Shown here: positions 39,497-49,817 of the stretch, piece by piece
Position numbering within the stretch: position 1 is the first letter of the stretch
How the letters are laid out: each line of letters starts with the position of its first letter
Source of the DNA: Candidatus Bathyarchaeota archaeon
Lineage (GTDB): Archaea > Thermoproteota > Bathyarchaeia > Bathyarchaeales > Bathycorpusculaceae
Reading direction: 5' to 3'
Length of the DNA: 64,000 bases
Assembly: GCA_963702095.1 (NCBI GenBank)
Contig: OY969706.1
Location: 928,001 to 992,000 of the forward strand
Notes under the pieces: generated by a model
Told to the model about the DNA's origin: nothing
The model's input: only the letters and a program-made list of their open reading frames with translations
Database searches by the model: none
Made by a program: the position numbers and the translations under genes

Positions 39497-40684
39497 ATGA
39501 GCGCTTCAAACGAGTTAGAAAAAGCGGCAACAGCCTACGCGCTGGATGCTGTGCGACTGGATAAGCAGGGGCAGAAAGGCAGAGCAATAACCCTCTACCA
39601 AAAAGCTATCGAAAGTCTTCTGCAGTTAGTTCAACTTTACCCTGAATACGGTTTAAACAAAGTTTACGTTCAGCGGGCAATTGCCTATCAAGAACGTATC
39701 AAATCCCTTCAGGGCTCTGTTTCATCGCATGAGATGAATCAAGCAGCCGCTGAAGAGGCCCAAGGAGACGGAGGAGCAGCAACCATGGAAGGAAACGGAG
39801 GTTTAGCAAAACCCAATAGCGAAGAACTCGTAATTACCGAGAAACCCAAAGTTAACTGGGGCGAAGTTGTCGGTTTAGAAGTTGCTAAAAAAGCCGTCAA
39901 AGAAGCCATCGTTTACCCGGTGCAGCGTCCGGATCTGTTTCCGCTGGGTTGGCCACGCGGGATTTTGCTGTTTGGTCCTCCTGGCTGCGGCAAGACCTTG
40001 TTGGCTGCGGCGGTTGCAACGGAGATTGACGCTAATTTTTACTCGATTGATGCGGCGTCGATTATGTCTAAGTGGCTGGGTGAGGCTGAGCAGAACGTTG
40101 CTAAACTTTTTGGGTCTGCTCGTAAATCGGCTACTGACGGGCGACCGGCGATTGTGTTTGTGGACGAGTTGGATTCGCTTATGGGTAACCACAGTAACGA
40201 GGTGGGCGGCGAAATCCGTGTTAAGAACCAGTTCCTAAAAGAGATGGATGGCATTGTTGACAAGGGCAAAGCACTCCACGTCTACGTTATAGGCGCCACG
40301 AACAAGCCCTGGGATCTGGATTGGGCGTTTATTCGAAGGTTCCAAAAACGCATCCTTGTCCCGTTGGCTGATCACTCTACACGCTTAAACATGCTAAAAC
40401 ACTACACTGGAACACTGCAGATCGCTTCAGATGTGGATTTGCATGAGTTGGCTCGGCTTTCCGAGGGTTTCAGTGGAAGCGACATACGTGATGTCTGTCA
40501 ATCTGCGCAGTTGAGTTTGATCGGTGAATTTTTCGAGTCCGGTCAAGCAACCGATAAAGAGGCGAAGCCGCGTGCGTTGACGATGGCTGATTTCCGCCAG
40601 ATCCTCGAAGAACGCAAGCCCTCTGTGTCGCTGGATATGTTGACAAGCTACAACCGCTGGTTCGACGCGTTTAAGGCACTTTAG
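39497..40684 (+). CDS. cdvC: Vps4/CdvC AAA ATPase with MIT domain
   Basis: MIT helices, GPPGCGKT, SKWLGEAE, VDELD, ATNKPWDLD, RRFQKR. Confidence 0.95.
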   Translation: MSASNELEKAATAYALDAVRLDKQGQKGRAITLYQKAIESLLQLVQLYPEYGLNKVYVQRAIAYQERIKSLQGSVSSHEMNQAAAEEAQGDGGAATMEGNGGLAKPNSEELVITEKPKVNWGEVVGLEVAKKAVKEAIVYPVQRPDLFPLGWPRGILLFGPPGCGKTLLAAAVATEIDANFYSIDAASIMSKWLGEAEQNVAKLFGSARKSATDGRPAIVFVDELDSLMGNHSNEVGGEIRVKNQFLKEMDGIVDKGKALHVYVIGATNKPWDLDWAFIRRFQKRILVPLADHSTRLNMLKHYTGTLQIASDVDLHELARLSEGFSGSDIRDVCQSAQLSLIGEFFESGQATDKEAKPRALTMADFRQILEERKPSVSLDMLTSYNRWFDAFKAL

Positions 40685-40888
40685 GAGGAAAGAATGGAAA
40701 AGGCAACAATCAAAGGCAAGGGTTGAGTGGAAAGGTCTGGAGCACAATAATTTTTGCACGCTCTCCCTTCTCCCCCCCTCAAACCACTCCAAACCCCACA
40801 AACAACCCGCCTTTGAAACTTGCCCTCCAAACTCCTTTCTCTGCTGCTCTGCCGAGGACCCCCTCCCCTTATTTGAAGGGTAAATCAG

Positions 40889-41075
40889 TTTTCTCCTTTT
40901 ATGTGGGTGTGGCGGTTTACGGGGTTCCACAAGATTGCAACTGGGGGCGGTTGCTTCTTTGGTTTACAATTGTTTTCAGTGCCTGTTTTCATGTGGGAAG
41001 TGTGTTTTTCTTCACATGGGTTAAATGGTTCAATGCAGGGGCGGTCGCGATGTGTGTGAATGCATGTATCGTTTG
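40889..41075. repeat. Repeat family A, copy 2
   Basis: Reverse complement of 2888-3083. Confidence 0.8.
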
Positions 41076-41309
41076 TCTTTTTAGCGTTGCAGTGAACGGC
41101 AATGGTCAGTGCAATGCAGTGGGCACTAGGCATGGACCTTCGAAAGGTTGAATTATCTCCAAACAAGTTGGCAGTCGCCCCTCACAGACCAAGCCAACAA
41201 CCAAAACCCCCTCCCACTCCACATCTGTGGTACCCCCGATGCCCCGGCTTCATGCACCTGGAACCTCACAATAACATATAACCGCCAAAACTTGGAGGTG
41301 TAGCCAAAC

Positions 41310-41453
41310 ATGAAAGTGATAGATTTAACTTGCCCAACATGCGGAACCTCAATAATACAAAGCAGATGCAAAGACTGCCGAAAACGAAAAATACGCAGCT
41401 AATGCCAAAAATGCGGTGATACCGTGCCAAATCCAGAGTATGGCGACCCATAA
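41310..41453 (+). pseudogene. Small CPxCG zinc-finger protein (DUF1610/HVO_2753-like) with in-frame TAA
   Basis: GGAGGTG RBS; MKVIDLTCPTCGTSIIQSRCKDCRKRKIRS*CQKCGDTVPNPEYGDP*. Confidence 0.6.
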
Positions 41454-41641
41454 ACAACGAAAGGATGTGAACTGATGGGCTGTGTAATGAGACTCTACAT
41501 TCTAATTAAGAGGCATGTGGAAGAGATAGCGCTGGAGCACCCTGCTAGTAGCTGTGTGAAAAAGGGAAAGAAAAAACGAAAACTATCTCTCTTGCCTTTT
41601 TTTAAGTAAATTATATTACATCGATTATAGTATTTTATCGC

Positions 41642-42976
41642 TTGATTCCATATGAGCATGCACAAAAAAAAACGACCTTCCTACTTGCTCTATTCTTGCT
41701 TTTCACTATCTGCATATCAACGACTCTTCCTATGGCAACGACTTCCACCTCAAACGATGATTGGCCAATGTTCCACCATGATGCATCAAACGCAGGCCTC
41801 ACTAATAATTCAGCACCAATTTCAATCCCAAACGAGGTATGGCGCTATGGGGATACTGGCTCGAGTGAACAATTCAAAGGCTCACCCGCAGTAGTAAATG
41901 GTGTAGTCTACGTGGCAGACGTCAGCCTGTCCGCCTTAAATGCTTCTACTGGTGAATTGCTGTGGTGGCAATACGACCAAGGCTACTCATCACCTGTTGT
42001 TGAGAACGGCATTGTCTATACATACAAGGGAGCGTTCAATGCTTCTAGTGGTGAACAGTTATGGGCTATAAATGGAACTTTTTGCGCTACGGTTGCAAAC
42101 GGTTATTACTATACAAATTATCAGGACCCGACAGATAATAACACTTATTTTATCGGAGTAAATGCAACCACCGGTGACATAATATGGAAATCATCAAGGA
42201 CGGTGGTGGCCTCTCCCGCTATCACGAATGGTAAGCTTTTTGTCCCAAGTTCGCCTGTTTCTGCAATCGATGCATATACAGGTCATAAAATTTGGGAGTG
42301 TGATGAAGGTGTTACAGCTTGGTTTTCCCCTGCGTTTTCAGATAATCTTGTTTACGCTTCTTCTGAAGGCGGACGCCTTTACTGCCTTGATGCCTCTTCT
42401 GGGAAAACTGTTTGGACTCAAACCGTAGGAGGGCTTGGGTCTCCTACCGCTCCCGCTGTTGCTTATGGTCTTGTTTATGTTGGGTCTGAGGATGGGAATG
42501 TTTATGCTTTTAACGCTTATAGTGGAGAAGAAAAATGGGTTTCTACGTTAGAAGCTAGTTACGGTCAAGGTTTTAGCGTCAAATATCAGGTTAGATTGCA
42601 CGGGGTTGAGTCTTCGCCTGTAGCGGCGAATGGGGCAGTTTATGTTGGCGCTGATGACGGGAACTTGTACGCTATTAATGCGACAACTGGCGCTAAACTT
42701 TGGAGCTATAGCCTTGGGGAGCCACAACAGTTACGCTGCTCACCAGCTATAGCAAACGGCTATGTATACATGGGTTCAAGTGGTGTCTTTGTTACATCAC
42801 TGGGGCTTTCGCGGGTCGGTAGAGCACAGTCCCCTATAGACTTATTCTACATTGTGCTAATTTCCTGCATCATTCTAATTATTTTTGTGGGTTTATTGAT
42901 TTATAAAAATTTTAACATCCTCCCATCTCTACAGAGCGGTCTAACTCGGAAGAACGTCAATCATGAAGGAACGTAA
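41642..42976 (+). CDS. Secreted PQQ-like beta-propeller protein with C-terminal TM
   Basis: DWPMFHHD, repeated SPAV-x-G-VYVG...YAxNAxTG-x-W. Confidence 0.88.
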   Translation: MIPYEHAQKKTTFLLALFLLFTICISTTLPMATTSTSNDDWPMFHHDASNAGLTNNSAPISIPNEVWRYGDTGSSEQFKGSPAVVNGVVYVADVSLSALNASTGELLWWQYDQGYSSPVVENGIVYTYKGAFNASSGEQLWAINGTFCATVANGYYYTNYQDPTDNNTYFIGVNATTGDIIWKSSRTVVASPAITNGKLFVPSSPVSAIDAYTGHKIWECDEGVTAWFSPAFSDNLVYASSEGGRLYCLDASSGKTVWTQTVGGLGSPTAPAVAYGLVYVGSEDGNVYAFNAYSGEEKWVSTLEASYGQGFSVKYQVRLHGVESSPVAANGAVYVGADDGNLYAINATTGAKLWSYSLGEPQQLRCSPAIANGYVYMGSSGVFVTSLGLSRVGRAQSPIDLFYIVLISCIILIIFVGLLIYKNFNILPSLQSGLTRKNVNHEGT

Positions 42977-43048
42977 ACATTTTCGGAAATATATCGTTCT
43001 CGTAAAATGCCTATTCCAGAATATCTCTACTACCAATAAAATGAAAAA

Positions 43049-45186
43049 ATGGATATAATGGTGAAAAAAATGACAGTTTATGGACCTATAAATATGAATC
43101 TATCTCCCGAGCCAGCCTTCTGTAATTGCTCATACAATGGGCAAAGTTCGGGAGGAAAAGGAGCAACTATTTGGTATGGAGGCGATCACACTCTTGGAGG
43201 AATGGCCGATTATACCTATAGCTTTACAGACACTTCTCCAGTTTGTTGTGACGGTGGAACACAACTTTGTTTAATAACTTACGATTTAGTAACTACTGAT
43301 CCTTCAGTAAACTCTATCGTGATTTGGAGATACCTAAACGACGTCTTAGTTGGTTCGACAACACACAGTCCCATAGCTAATCATAATGTAACGGAAGCAT
43401 TCGACGTAGAGCCACTAAACGACCATACGGTTTATGTACATGGTGGTCTTAACAGATTTAAATTTCAGAATACCTGCAATACTTCAATTCAAATAAAAAA
43501 TTTCCGCGTTTTCAGGGCATACCCTTTGCGCAATCTTCAAGATGGTCAGTCCTCATGCCCTCCCGCAAACGACCCTGTGGCAAGTGGAAGCATAGATTAT
43601 TCAAGGCAAGACTTTCCCTGTAACTACGCCAGTATTGGCGACCGTATTAGTTTTGTCCGCTGGGGCGCAAACTATGATGCCGTGCCTATAGGGCCAGGCG
43701 ACAGCATAAAATGGACTTTTACTAATCCTAATGACAATGCCAATAATTATTTTGGCAAATGCGCTTGCTTCTTTAATTTCAATAACGTTAGCCGATCACT
43801 TGATCTGGGAGCAGACACAGAATATAAAATTAAGCTAAATGATATTGAAATTGCAACCTATTATCATGGCGGTTATCTAGGTTTTTCATCTCAGTTTCCA
43901 ACAATTGATTTAGCGCATTTTCCAAACATCTATCGTGATGAACCAGGACAAATGAACACCGTTGAACTCGTAAATACAGGAGTTAACAGCATTGCAACCC
44001 TCACTATAAACAATAATCCTAACTTAGGCGGCGTCGATATCTACCGATTCTATAAAGTTACGAACATTTGTAAAGACGATTTCAGCAACGATGGCATAAC
44101 AAAAAATGTTTGGGATAGAACCGCGAATAACGATCCTGAATCGATCCAGATCGGCGGCTCTGCACAAATAGTAAACGGTCAGTTGCAAGTCTCAGTGCCA
44201 GGTAACGGATACAAGCAAGCGGGTAAAGTCACACGATATGCTTATGATAGTCTTGCTTTTTACCCCGGAACTGATAAACAGGGTTTTGAAGCAGCAATCG
44301 ATATAACTGGTATAAGCGGTCTAAGGGAAATGAATCTGTTTCTCAGCGATAGCAGAACAACAAGTACTGATCCCTATTCGTTGAATAATTTCTATTTGTT
44401 CATGAAGGATCGAACGGACACAACGGTAAAGATACAACGGCGTCTTAGCGGCGGCTCAGTTTCATCGATGTGGAAATGGTGGAATGCCTCCACAGGTACC
44501 CAGAAAATCAAGGTCTCAGGAGGATCGATCGGTTTCTATGAGAACGGTATCCTACGCCATGCAGAGCCATTTATGCTTCCGTCAAGCAGTTGCTATCTAT
44601 ATGCTTACAATAGCTCGGACTTAGCGGGAACAGGAACATTCGATAACTTCTCCATAAAGCCAGCGGAAGGGGTTATCAAAGACAACTTTGACGATGGTAA
44701 CTGCAACGGCTGGTCTGTTGTTACCGGTATTTGGGGTGTGACGAATGGAAAACTGCAATCAGCCCAAATTACTCCCACCTCCCAAATCCGCTACCAGGCT
44801 ATCTCCTCTCCAAATAGGCATGTTGCAGCAGATATCCAAACGCTGTCTGGCAGCGGAACAGGAAATGTTGCGTTCTTGATGGTCAATGAAGTAAACAGTG
44901 CAAACATGATTTACGCAGATATAACAAGAGACGGAACTGTGGAGCTCATAATTTTCTACAACGGACTACCTACACATTACAGACATTACGGTACGGGCCT
45001 TAATCCCTGTGAGAATCACAGAATTGCTGTCACAATCACTGGCACAAATGCTAAAGTCTACGTCGACAACACTCTATACATCGATCAGGACGATGCTCAC
45101 TTTGCCAGCATAAGCAACGTTATGTGGGATTTTACACATACAACTCAACGGGATCGCTAGATAACCTGGTAGTACTTACCCAATAG
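43049..45186 (+). CDS. Large beta-rich protein with C-terminal lectin/DUF1080-like modules; frameshift near 45120
   Basis: DNFDDGN..W, KVYVDN, and GFYTYN..LDNL in the shifted frame ending 45186. Confidence 0.65.
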
Positions 45187-45376
45187 CCCCCTTGAACTAA
45201 AATTAGCAAGTTCTAAAGTAACTTGCTCTCCCTACTTTTTCATTTTTAAAAATTTAGTTTCCTAAAAGAAAAGAGAATTTTTGGATAAAATTGCCTCTTG
45301 CTTTACTGTAGGTGCATGCCGGTTTCTACTATGCGTTATGTTGTGGCATGCCTTGTGCTAGCATGATTCCACTGTG

Positions 45377-45856
45377 TTATAGGTTGCTTTTCATTTCTTC
45401 TTTGAAGGTTTCTTCGAGCATTTTTTTGTTTATGCCGATTTCTTCTGCTAGGCGTTTGACTTGTTTGACGTAGGTGCGGAAGAGGCTTTGGAGGATTTCG
45501 GTTTTTTCGTCGCCGCTTAATTCTGTCTCTTCGGCTAAGAGCAGCGCGAACCAGCGTCCGAGGGTGGTGAGTTGGTAGGTTTTTATCCAGATGATGCGTC
45601 CTTCTTTATCGTTTTTCTCCATGCTCTCGTTCAACACGCCCAGCGAAGTGAGGGTTTTGAGGTTTTCTATGATGGTTTTGTTGCTGTAGTTGAGTTTTTG
45701 GACGAGTTCTTTTTGGTAGATGCTTTTTGCTATGCCCTGTTTTAGGCTGAAGCGGAGGATGTCTACGCCGGCTTTGGAGCCGAAGATGGCGGAGAGTATC
45801 TTGTCTTTTTTTTCTACGGGAAGAAAAACTACATAGGGACGTAACTTTTCCGTCAT
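45377..45856 (-). CDS. Winged-helix DNA-binding protein
   Basis: YQKELVQKLNYSNKTIIENLKTL, YQLTTLGRW. Confidence 0.75.
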   Translation of the reverse strand: MTEKLRPYVVFLPVEKKDKILSAIFGSKAGVDILRFSLKQGIAKSIYQKELVQKLNYSNKTIIENLKTLTSLGVLNESMEKNDKEGRIIWIKTYQLTTLGRWFALLLAEETELSGDEKTEILQSLFRTYVKQVKRLAEEIGINKKMLEETFKEEMKSNL

Positions 45857-46029
45857 AGGCGACTCTTCTAAACAGATAGGTAGCTGTTTTTCCATTTAAG
45901 AATATCGCCTATAACCTACATAGGTTATATGCTGCTGCCCTCTGTTCCTTGGAGTTGAGTCCAATTTGGAAAAACCATTTTATACTCCAACCGTGCATTT
46001 GAAACTAAAACCGAGAAAAGGGGAAACTT

Positions 46030-46998
46030 GTGCTTAAAAAAATTGGTATCTGCCTATTAATCCTCCTTGCCCTATCCGCGTCAACGTTGGTGTTGATGCC
46101 CCCGGCGAAGAGCCAAACTGACAGCATCAAAGTCCTAAGTTACAGCTACTACGTCGATTACATGGGCTTCCTAGACGTAGTCGGCGAAATCCAAAACGTT
46201 GGCACCAGCACCATCGCAAACGTCACAATCGCCGGAGACTTAACCACTACCGATGGCGTTGGTTCAAGTTCAGGCTGCCCCGCCTTAGTCAACGATTTGC
46301 TGCCTCAGCAGAAAGCCCCCTTCTACATGGAGTTCTCCCCAGAGAACACCATCTACGGCGCATGGTACGGCGTAACCATTCAGTCCGTGAACTTCTACAT
46401 TTACCAGGCTGACCCGACGTCGAACTACCTCTACCCCGACGTTGCAATCGTCAGTCAACAAAGCTCTGTGGCAGCCGACGGCAGCTACACAGTCACTGGA
46501 ACCGTAAAGAACACCGGCAGCCAATCAGCAACTGACGTCCGAGTCGTAGCCACATTCTACAATTCACAACAAGAAGTGGTCGCCATAGGATACACCGACC
46601 CATTGACGCCAAACCCCATAGCGCCTCAGCATTCAGCCACCTACACCGTGGGCGCATTCGACCGAAACCAAAGCTCTGTCCCAGCCAACCAAACTATCGC
46701 TTCATACGCGCTTATGGTGCAAGTTCGAAGTCCCGAGCTTCAAGGTACCCCGCCCGCAGTCACCCCGTCTCCAACGCCTGGACCCACAACCCTGCAGACG
46801 GCAACTCCGAGCTCCACTCAGTCAGGCAGCTCGTCAAATGACGATTTGGGCAGTGGCTTTAATTCAGGTATACTCATTGGCGGAATTGTTGCGGTGGTAA
46901 TTGTGGTTGCAGTTTTGGGGTTGTCGATGTTTAGGAAACGCAAAACCTCCTCCTCGCAGCAGGAAGGCTCTGCCAAGAAAACCAAGCGCAAAAAATAA
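46030..46998 (+). CDS. Secreted FxLYD-domain protein with C-terminal TM
   Basis: Signal peptide, VVGEIQNVG, VTGTVKNTG, ATFYN, PT linker, TM plus basic tail. Confidence 0.8.
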   Translation: MLKKIGICLLILLALSASTLVLMPPAKSQTDSIKVLSYSYYVDYMGFLDVVGEIQNVGTSTIANVTIAGDLTTTDGVGSSSGCPALVNDLLPQQKAPFYMEFSPENTIYGAWYGVTIQSVNFYIYQADPTSNYLYPDVAIVSQQSSVAADGSYTVTGTVKNTGSQSATDVRVVATFYNSQQEVVAIGYTDPLTPNPIAPQHSATYTVGAFDRNQSSVPANQTIASYALMVQVRSPELQGTPPAVTPSPTPGPTTLQTATPSSTQSGSSSNDDLGSGFNSGILIGGIVAVVIVVAVLGLSMFRKRKTSSSQQEGSAKKTKRKK

Positions 46999-47069
46999 TT
47001 GCGCCTTATCCCTTGTTTAGGGCAGAGTGTGCCAGTCCTTAAATATTACTTTACACAAAAGGGGTAACT

Positions 47070-47909
47070 ATGAGTTTCAGATCACAAGCAAGCCGTCGAG
47101 GCTCAAGCAAACATAACTCCAAAAGCACCCGTGAAAAGAAATCTAAAGAGAAGAAGCAGCGCCAAACCGCCAAGTACCTCCAAGAAGAAACCCCCGAGAC
47201 TTCCAAAGAGGAAGTTGCGCAGAAAACACAGAATTGTCTTGGCAAACTTGGCAGCCAAATTTTTGCTCTCTCACCGTTTAGCCAATACTTTGACGATTGG
47301 CTGCTGAATCTGCGCCAAGTAATCTCTGAATTCGAAACCAGCCCAACCATAAAAGTTGACGATGAATTCGTTAAGATTCGAACGCAGGTTTTCCTTGATC
47401 TCGAAGGTGCATTGGCTCAGAATCGGCTTGATGAATCTAACTTAACCAGCGAAGCCAAAGCCCTCTCAGACAACAACCACAAAATCCTTGAAGTCGACAG
47501 GCAATACGCGGAGCAGACCCGTGAACTCAGCACCAAACGCAACACTGAGATACAGCGGCTCAGCAACAGAATCCGCGAGTTAGAAGACGATGTGGTAGCT
47601 CAGCAGGGGCTCAAGTTTGGTTTCTTCCAGTTTGGCGAAAAGAAGCGTGCGACGGAAAGACTTGCCCAGACACAGCAATCGCTTACAACTGCAAAAAACG
47701 AGTTAGAAGTTACAGTGCAGAGCTTCTCTGCGGAGCAAGAAAAACTCCATGACACCTATGAGACGTGCAAGCAGGAACTAAACGAGGAATCTGATAGGCT
47801 GCGTAAGGAGCTTGAGAAGCTTGAAACCGACACTTCAACCACTGCAAGATTAACCGCGTGCACTGCATTGTCTGAGGCAATCGGTAGCTTGCTAAAGAGG
47901 ACACCGTAA
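47070..47909 (+). CDS. Coiled-coil hypothetical protein
   Basis: Basic N-terminus, long heptad region. Confidence 0.75.
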   Translation: MSFRSQASRRGSSKHNSKSTREKKSKEKKQRQTAKYLQEETPETSKEEVAQKTQNCLGKLGSQIFALSPFSQYFDDWLLNLRQVISEFETSPTIKVDDEFVKIRTQVFLDLEGALAQNRLDESNLTSEAKALSDNNHKILEVDRQYAEQTRELSTKRNTEIQRLSNRIRELEDDVVAQQGLKFGFFQFGEKKRATERLAQTQQSLTTAKNELEVTVQSFSAEQEKLHDTYETCKQELNEESDRLRKELEKLETDTSTTARLTACTALSEAIGSLLKRTP

Positions 47910-47989
47910 ACCCCTTAACCCTCATTTTATATCTACCTTTGTAGTCGATTGGTGCCTACAAGGCGGTGTCCTTGGGAACTTAAAGTTAC

Positions 47990-48035
47990 TGTTCTGCCGC
48001 TAGAACAAACCGTTCTACAATCAGAGCTAATAAGA
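47990..48035 (+). promoter_or_regulatory. Tandem operator TGTTCYR-N4-YRGAACA, copy 1
   Basis: TGTTCTG-ccgc-TAGAACA-aac-CGTTCTA-caat-CAGAGCT-AATAAG. Confidence 0.75.
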
Positions 48036-48065
48036 ACCATCCCACCAATGATTCGATGTTAGCGT

Positions 48066-49262
48066 ATGGAATTCAAGTACAAACTTATTGCAATTGCTGT
48101 TTTGGCGTTGTTGACTGGAACCGCCTTTGCAGCGCCCATGCTTGTTGTACCCTTAGACGTTAAGCTCTACCCCCATGTTGTGGAAGGACCTAAAGCTGAC
48201 TTTAGCATCGAATTATTATACGCCAACTTTAGCACCCAAACCCGCCAACGAAACGCCACCATCACCTTCCCCACCATTAGCAACGGCAGCTGGACAACCA
48301 TCAACAACACTCAAATGGTCACCGATACAAACGTAACTTACATGGTTGTCGCCAACGTAACTAACCACTCAGATGTGGCAGCTAAAATGTCTGAGGCAAG
48401 CTTCACAGCCGCCCAGCACATAAACGTCGATGATTCAGCGTTGGGTGGTTTGGTGGTTAACAAGGGGGTGACTGATTTTTTGGGCACCAGTTTCGGCGGC
48501 GTTGTCGACGGGGTTTGGCTTGACGGCGACTGGTTAAATACCACTTGGATAAGAGGCACAGATTACCCCCTAAACCTCTACCGCATAATGAACCAGGACC
48601 ACAACGCTTACCCCCTCATTCCCGATTTGCCAGCCAACGCCTCAGCAGAGGGCACATGGATAGAGGGTGTGCCCATAGCCGAATATTATGATAGCGCCCA
48701 TCAGGTCGCAATACAAATCTACATCAACGGTCAATGGGTCGACGTAACAGGCAGAATCCAACCTCATAATCCACAACCCGCAGTCATCGCAACCAACACT
48801 TTGGCAAATTTGGTTTTGAGCTCTTGCGTTCCAGTTTATCATCCCAAAAACATAAGTGGTGATAGCACGGCTTTTCTTCCTGAGTGGGGTAAAGGTGAAG
48901 GGCAAACCTATACTTGGTCAAGTGCAAACGGCTTTAACACAACTTGGTCGCCTCATCAATCCAAACTCATCGCCTTAACAGGCACCGCCCAATTGAGAGG
49001 CGACATAGCCGATAACAGCAGCCTATCTTCGTTGGAAAACGGTGCCTTAGACCTTTACGGCTCATTCACCAACTACATCAACAACATGCCCATCGACGGC
49101 ACCTACGCCAACACATTTTCAACCGCTACTTGGCTACATACGGTTCCTCTACAGAAAACCCCAGACGGCTACATATACAACGCCATACTTGAGCCAAACC
49201 AGGCTTTCGAGTTTTCGCCCAATAAAGTGGAAGTATACATAAAACAGGTAGGGCAGCCATGA
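48066..49262 (+). CDS. Secreted / signal-anchored glycoprotein-like protein
   Basis: N-terminal hydrophobic segment, many N-x-S/T sequons; stop overlaps next ATG. Confidence 0.8.
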   Translation: MEFKYKLIAIAVLALLTGTAFAAPMLVVPLDVKLYPHVVEGPKADFSIELLYANFSTQTRQRNATITFPTISNGSWTTINNTQMVTDTNVTYMVVANVTNHSDVAAKMSEASFTAAQHINVDDSALGGLVVNKGVTDFLGTSFGGVVDGVWLDGDWLNTTWIRGTDYPLNLYRIMNQDHNAYPLIPDLPANASAEGTWIEGVPIAEYYDSAHQVAIQIYINGQWVDVTGRIQPHNPQPAVIATNTLANLVLSSCVPVYHPKNISGDSTAFLPEWGKGEGQTYTWSSANGFNTTWSPHQSKLIALTGTAQLRGDIADNSSLSSLENGALDLYGSFTNYINNMPIDGTYANTFSTATWLHTVPLQKTPDGYIYNAILEPNQAFEFSPNKVEVYIKQVGQP

Positions 49263-49738
49263 CTAACGCTGAAGAACTTGAAGGCACATCACTAAACGTC
49301 TATTCCTGTATGGTTCGAGAAGGCAAACCGATGGGGCCCCGTGAAATCATGCGGCTGGCCACCCTCAGCAGTCCCAGCGTAGCACATTGGCATCTCCAAA
49401 AACTTGAAGCGCTCGGATTAATAGCGAAAAACAACTATGGCGAATACACTGTTAAGCAAAAAGTAAATGTGAGCGGGCACTTTTGGGTGGGAAGAACCTT
49501 GGTGCCTCGGCTGATTTTCTATGCCTTCTTTTTCGTCGGAATTCTCGGCGTTGAGGTGGTAGCGATTGCGGTGCCCTTTATCCAACGGGGACAAGCGCCT
49601 GACTTGTACCTGTTCTATTTGATTGCTCCCACAGCCATCGCAATGGTGCTTTTTTTGGGCGAAGGCATTTGGCTCCGCAGAAAAACTCAAAGCGACTCAA
49701 ACAAGAAAAAATCTGCTCCTGAAAAGTCACATGCGTAG
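49259..49738 (+). CDS. Membrane-tethered winged-helix regulator (wHTH plus 2 TM)
   Basis: MGPREIMRLATLSSPSVAHWHLQKLEALGLI..GEY then two TM helices. Confidence 0.82.
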   Translation: MTNAEELEGTSLNVYSCMVREGKPMGPREIMRLATLSSPSVAHWHLQKLEALGLIAKNNYGEYTVKQKVNVSGHFWVGRTLVPRLIFYAFFFVGILGVEVVAIAVPFIQRGQAPDLYLFYLIAPTAIAMVLFLGEGIWLRRKTQSDSNKKKSAPEKSHA

Positions 49739-49740
49739 GC

Positions 49741-49786
49741 TGTTCTGGAAGTAGAACAAAGTGTTCTATCAACAGAGCTAAAAAAC
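49741..49786 (+). promoter_or_regulatory. Tandem operator, copy 2
   Basis: TGTTCTG-gaag-TAGAACA-aag-TGTTCTA-tcaa-CAGAGCT-AAAAAAC. Confidence 0.75.
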
Positions 49787-49817
49787 AAGCCGATATAGTA
49801 TTAGGCTGTGAAAAAAG

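Noticed and set aside
37121-40684. cdv/ESCRT cluster as a new system
   Set aside because: Cdv machinery is well established in TACK archaea; only specific details were kept as findings
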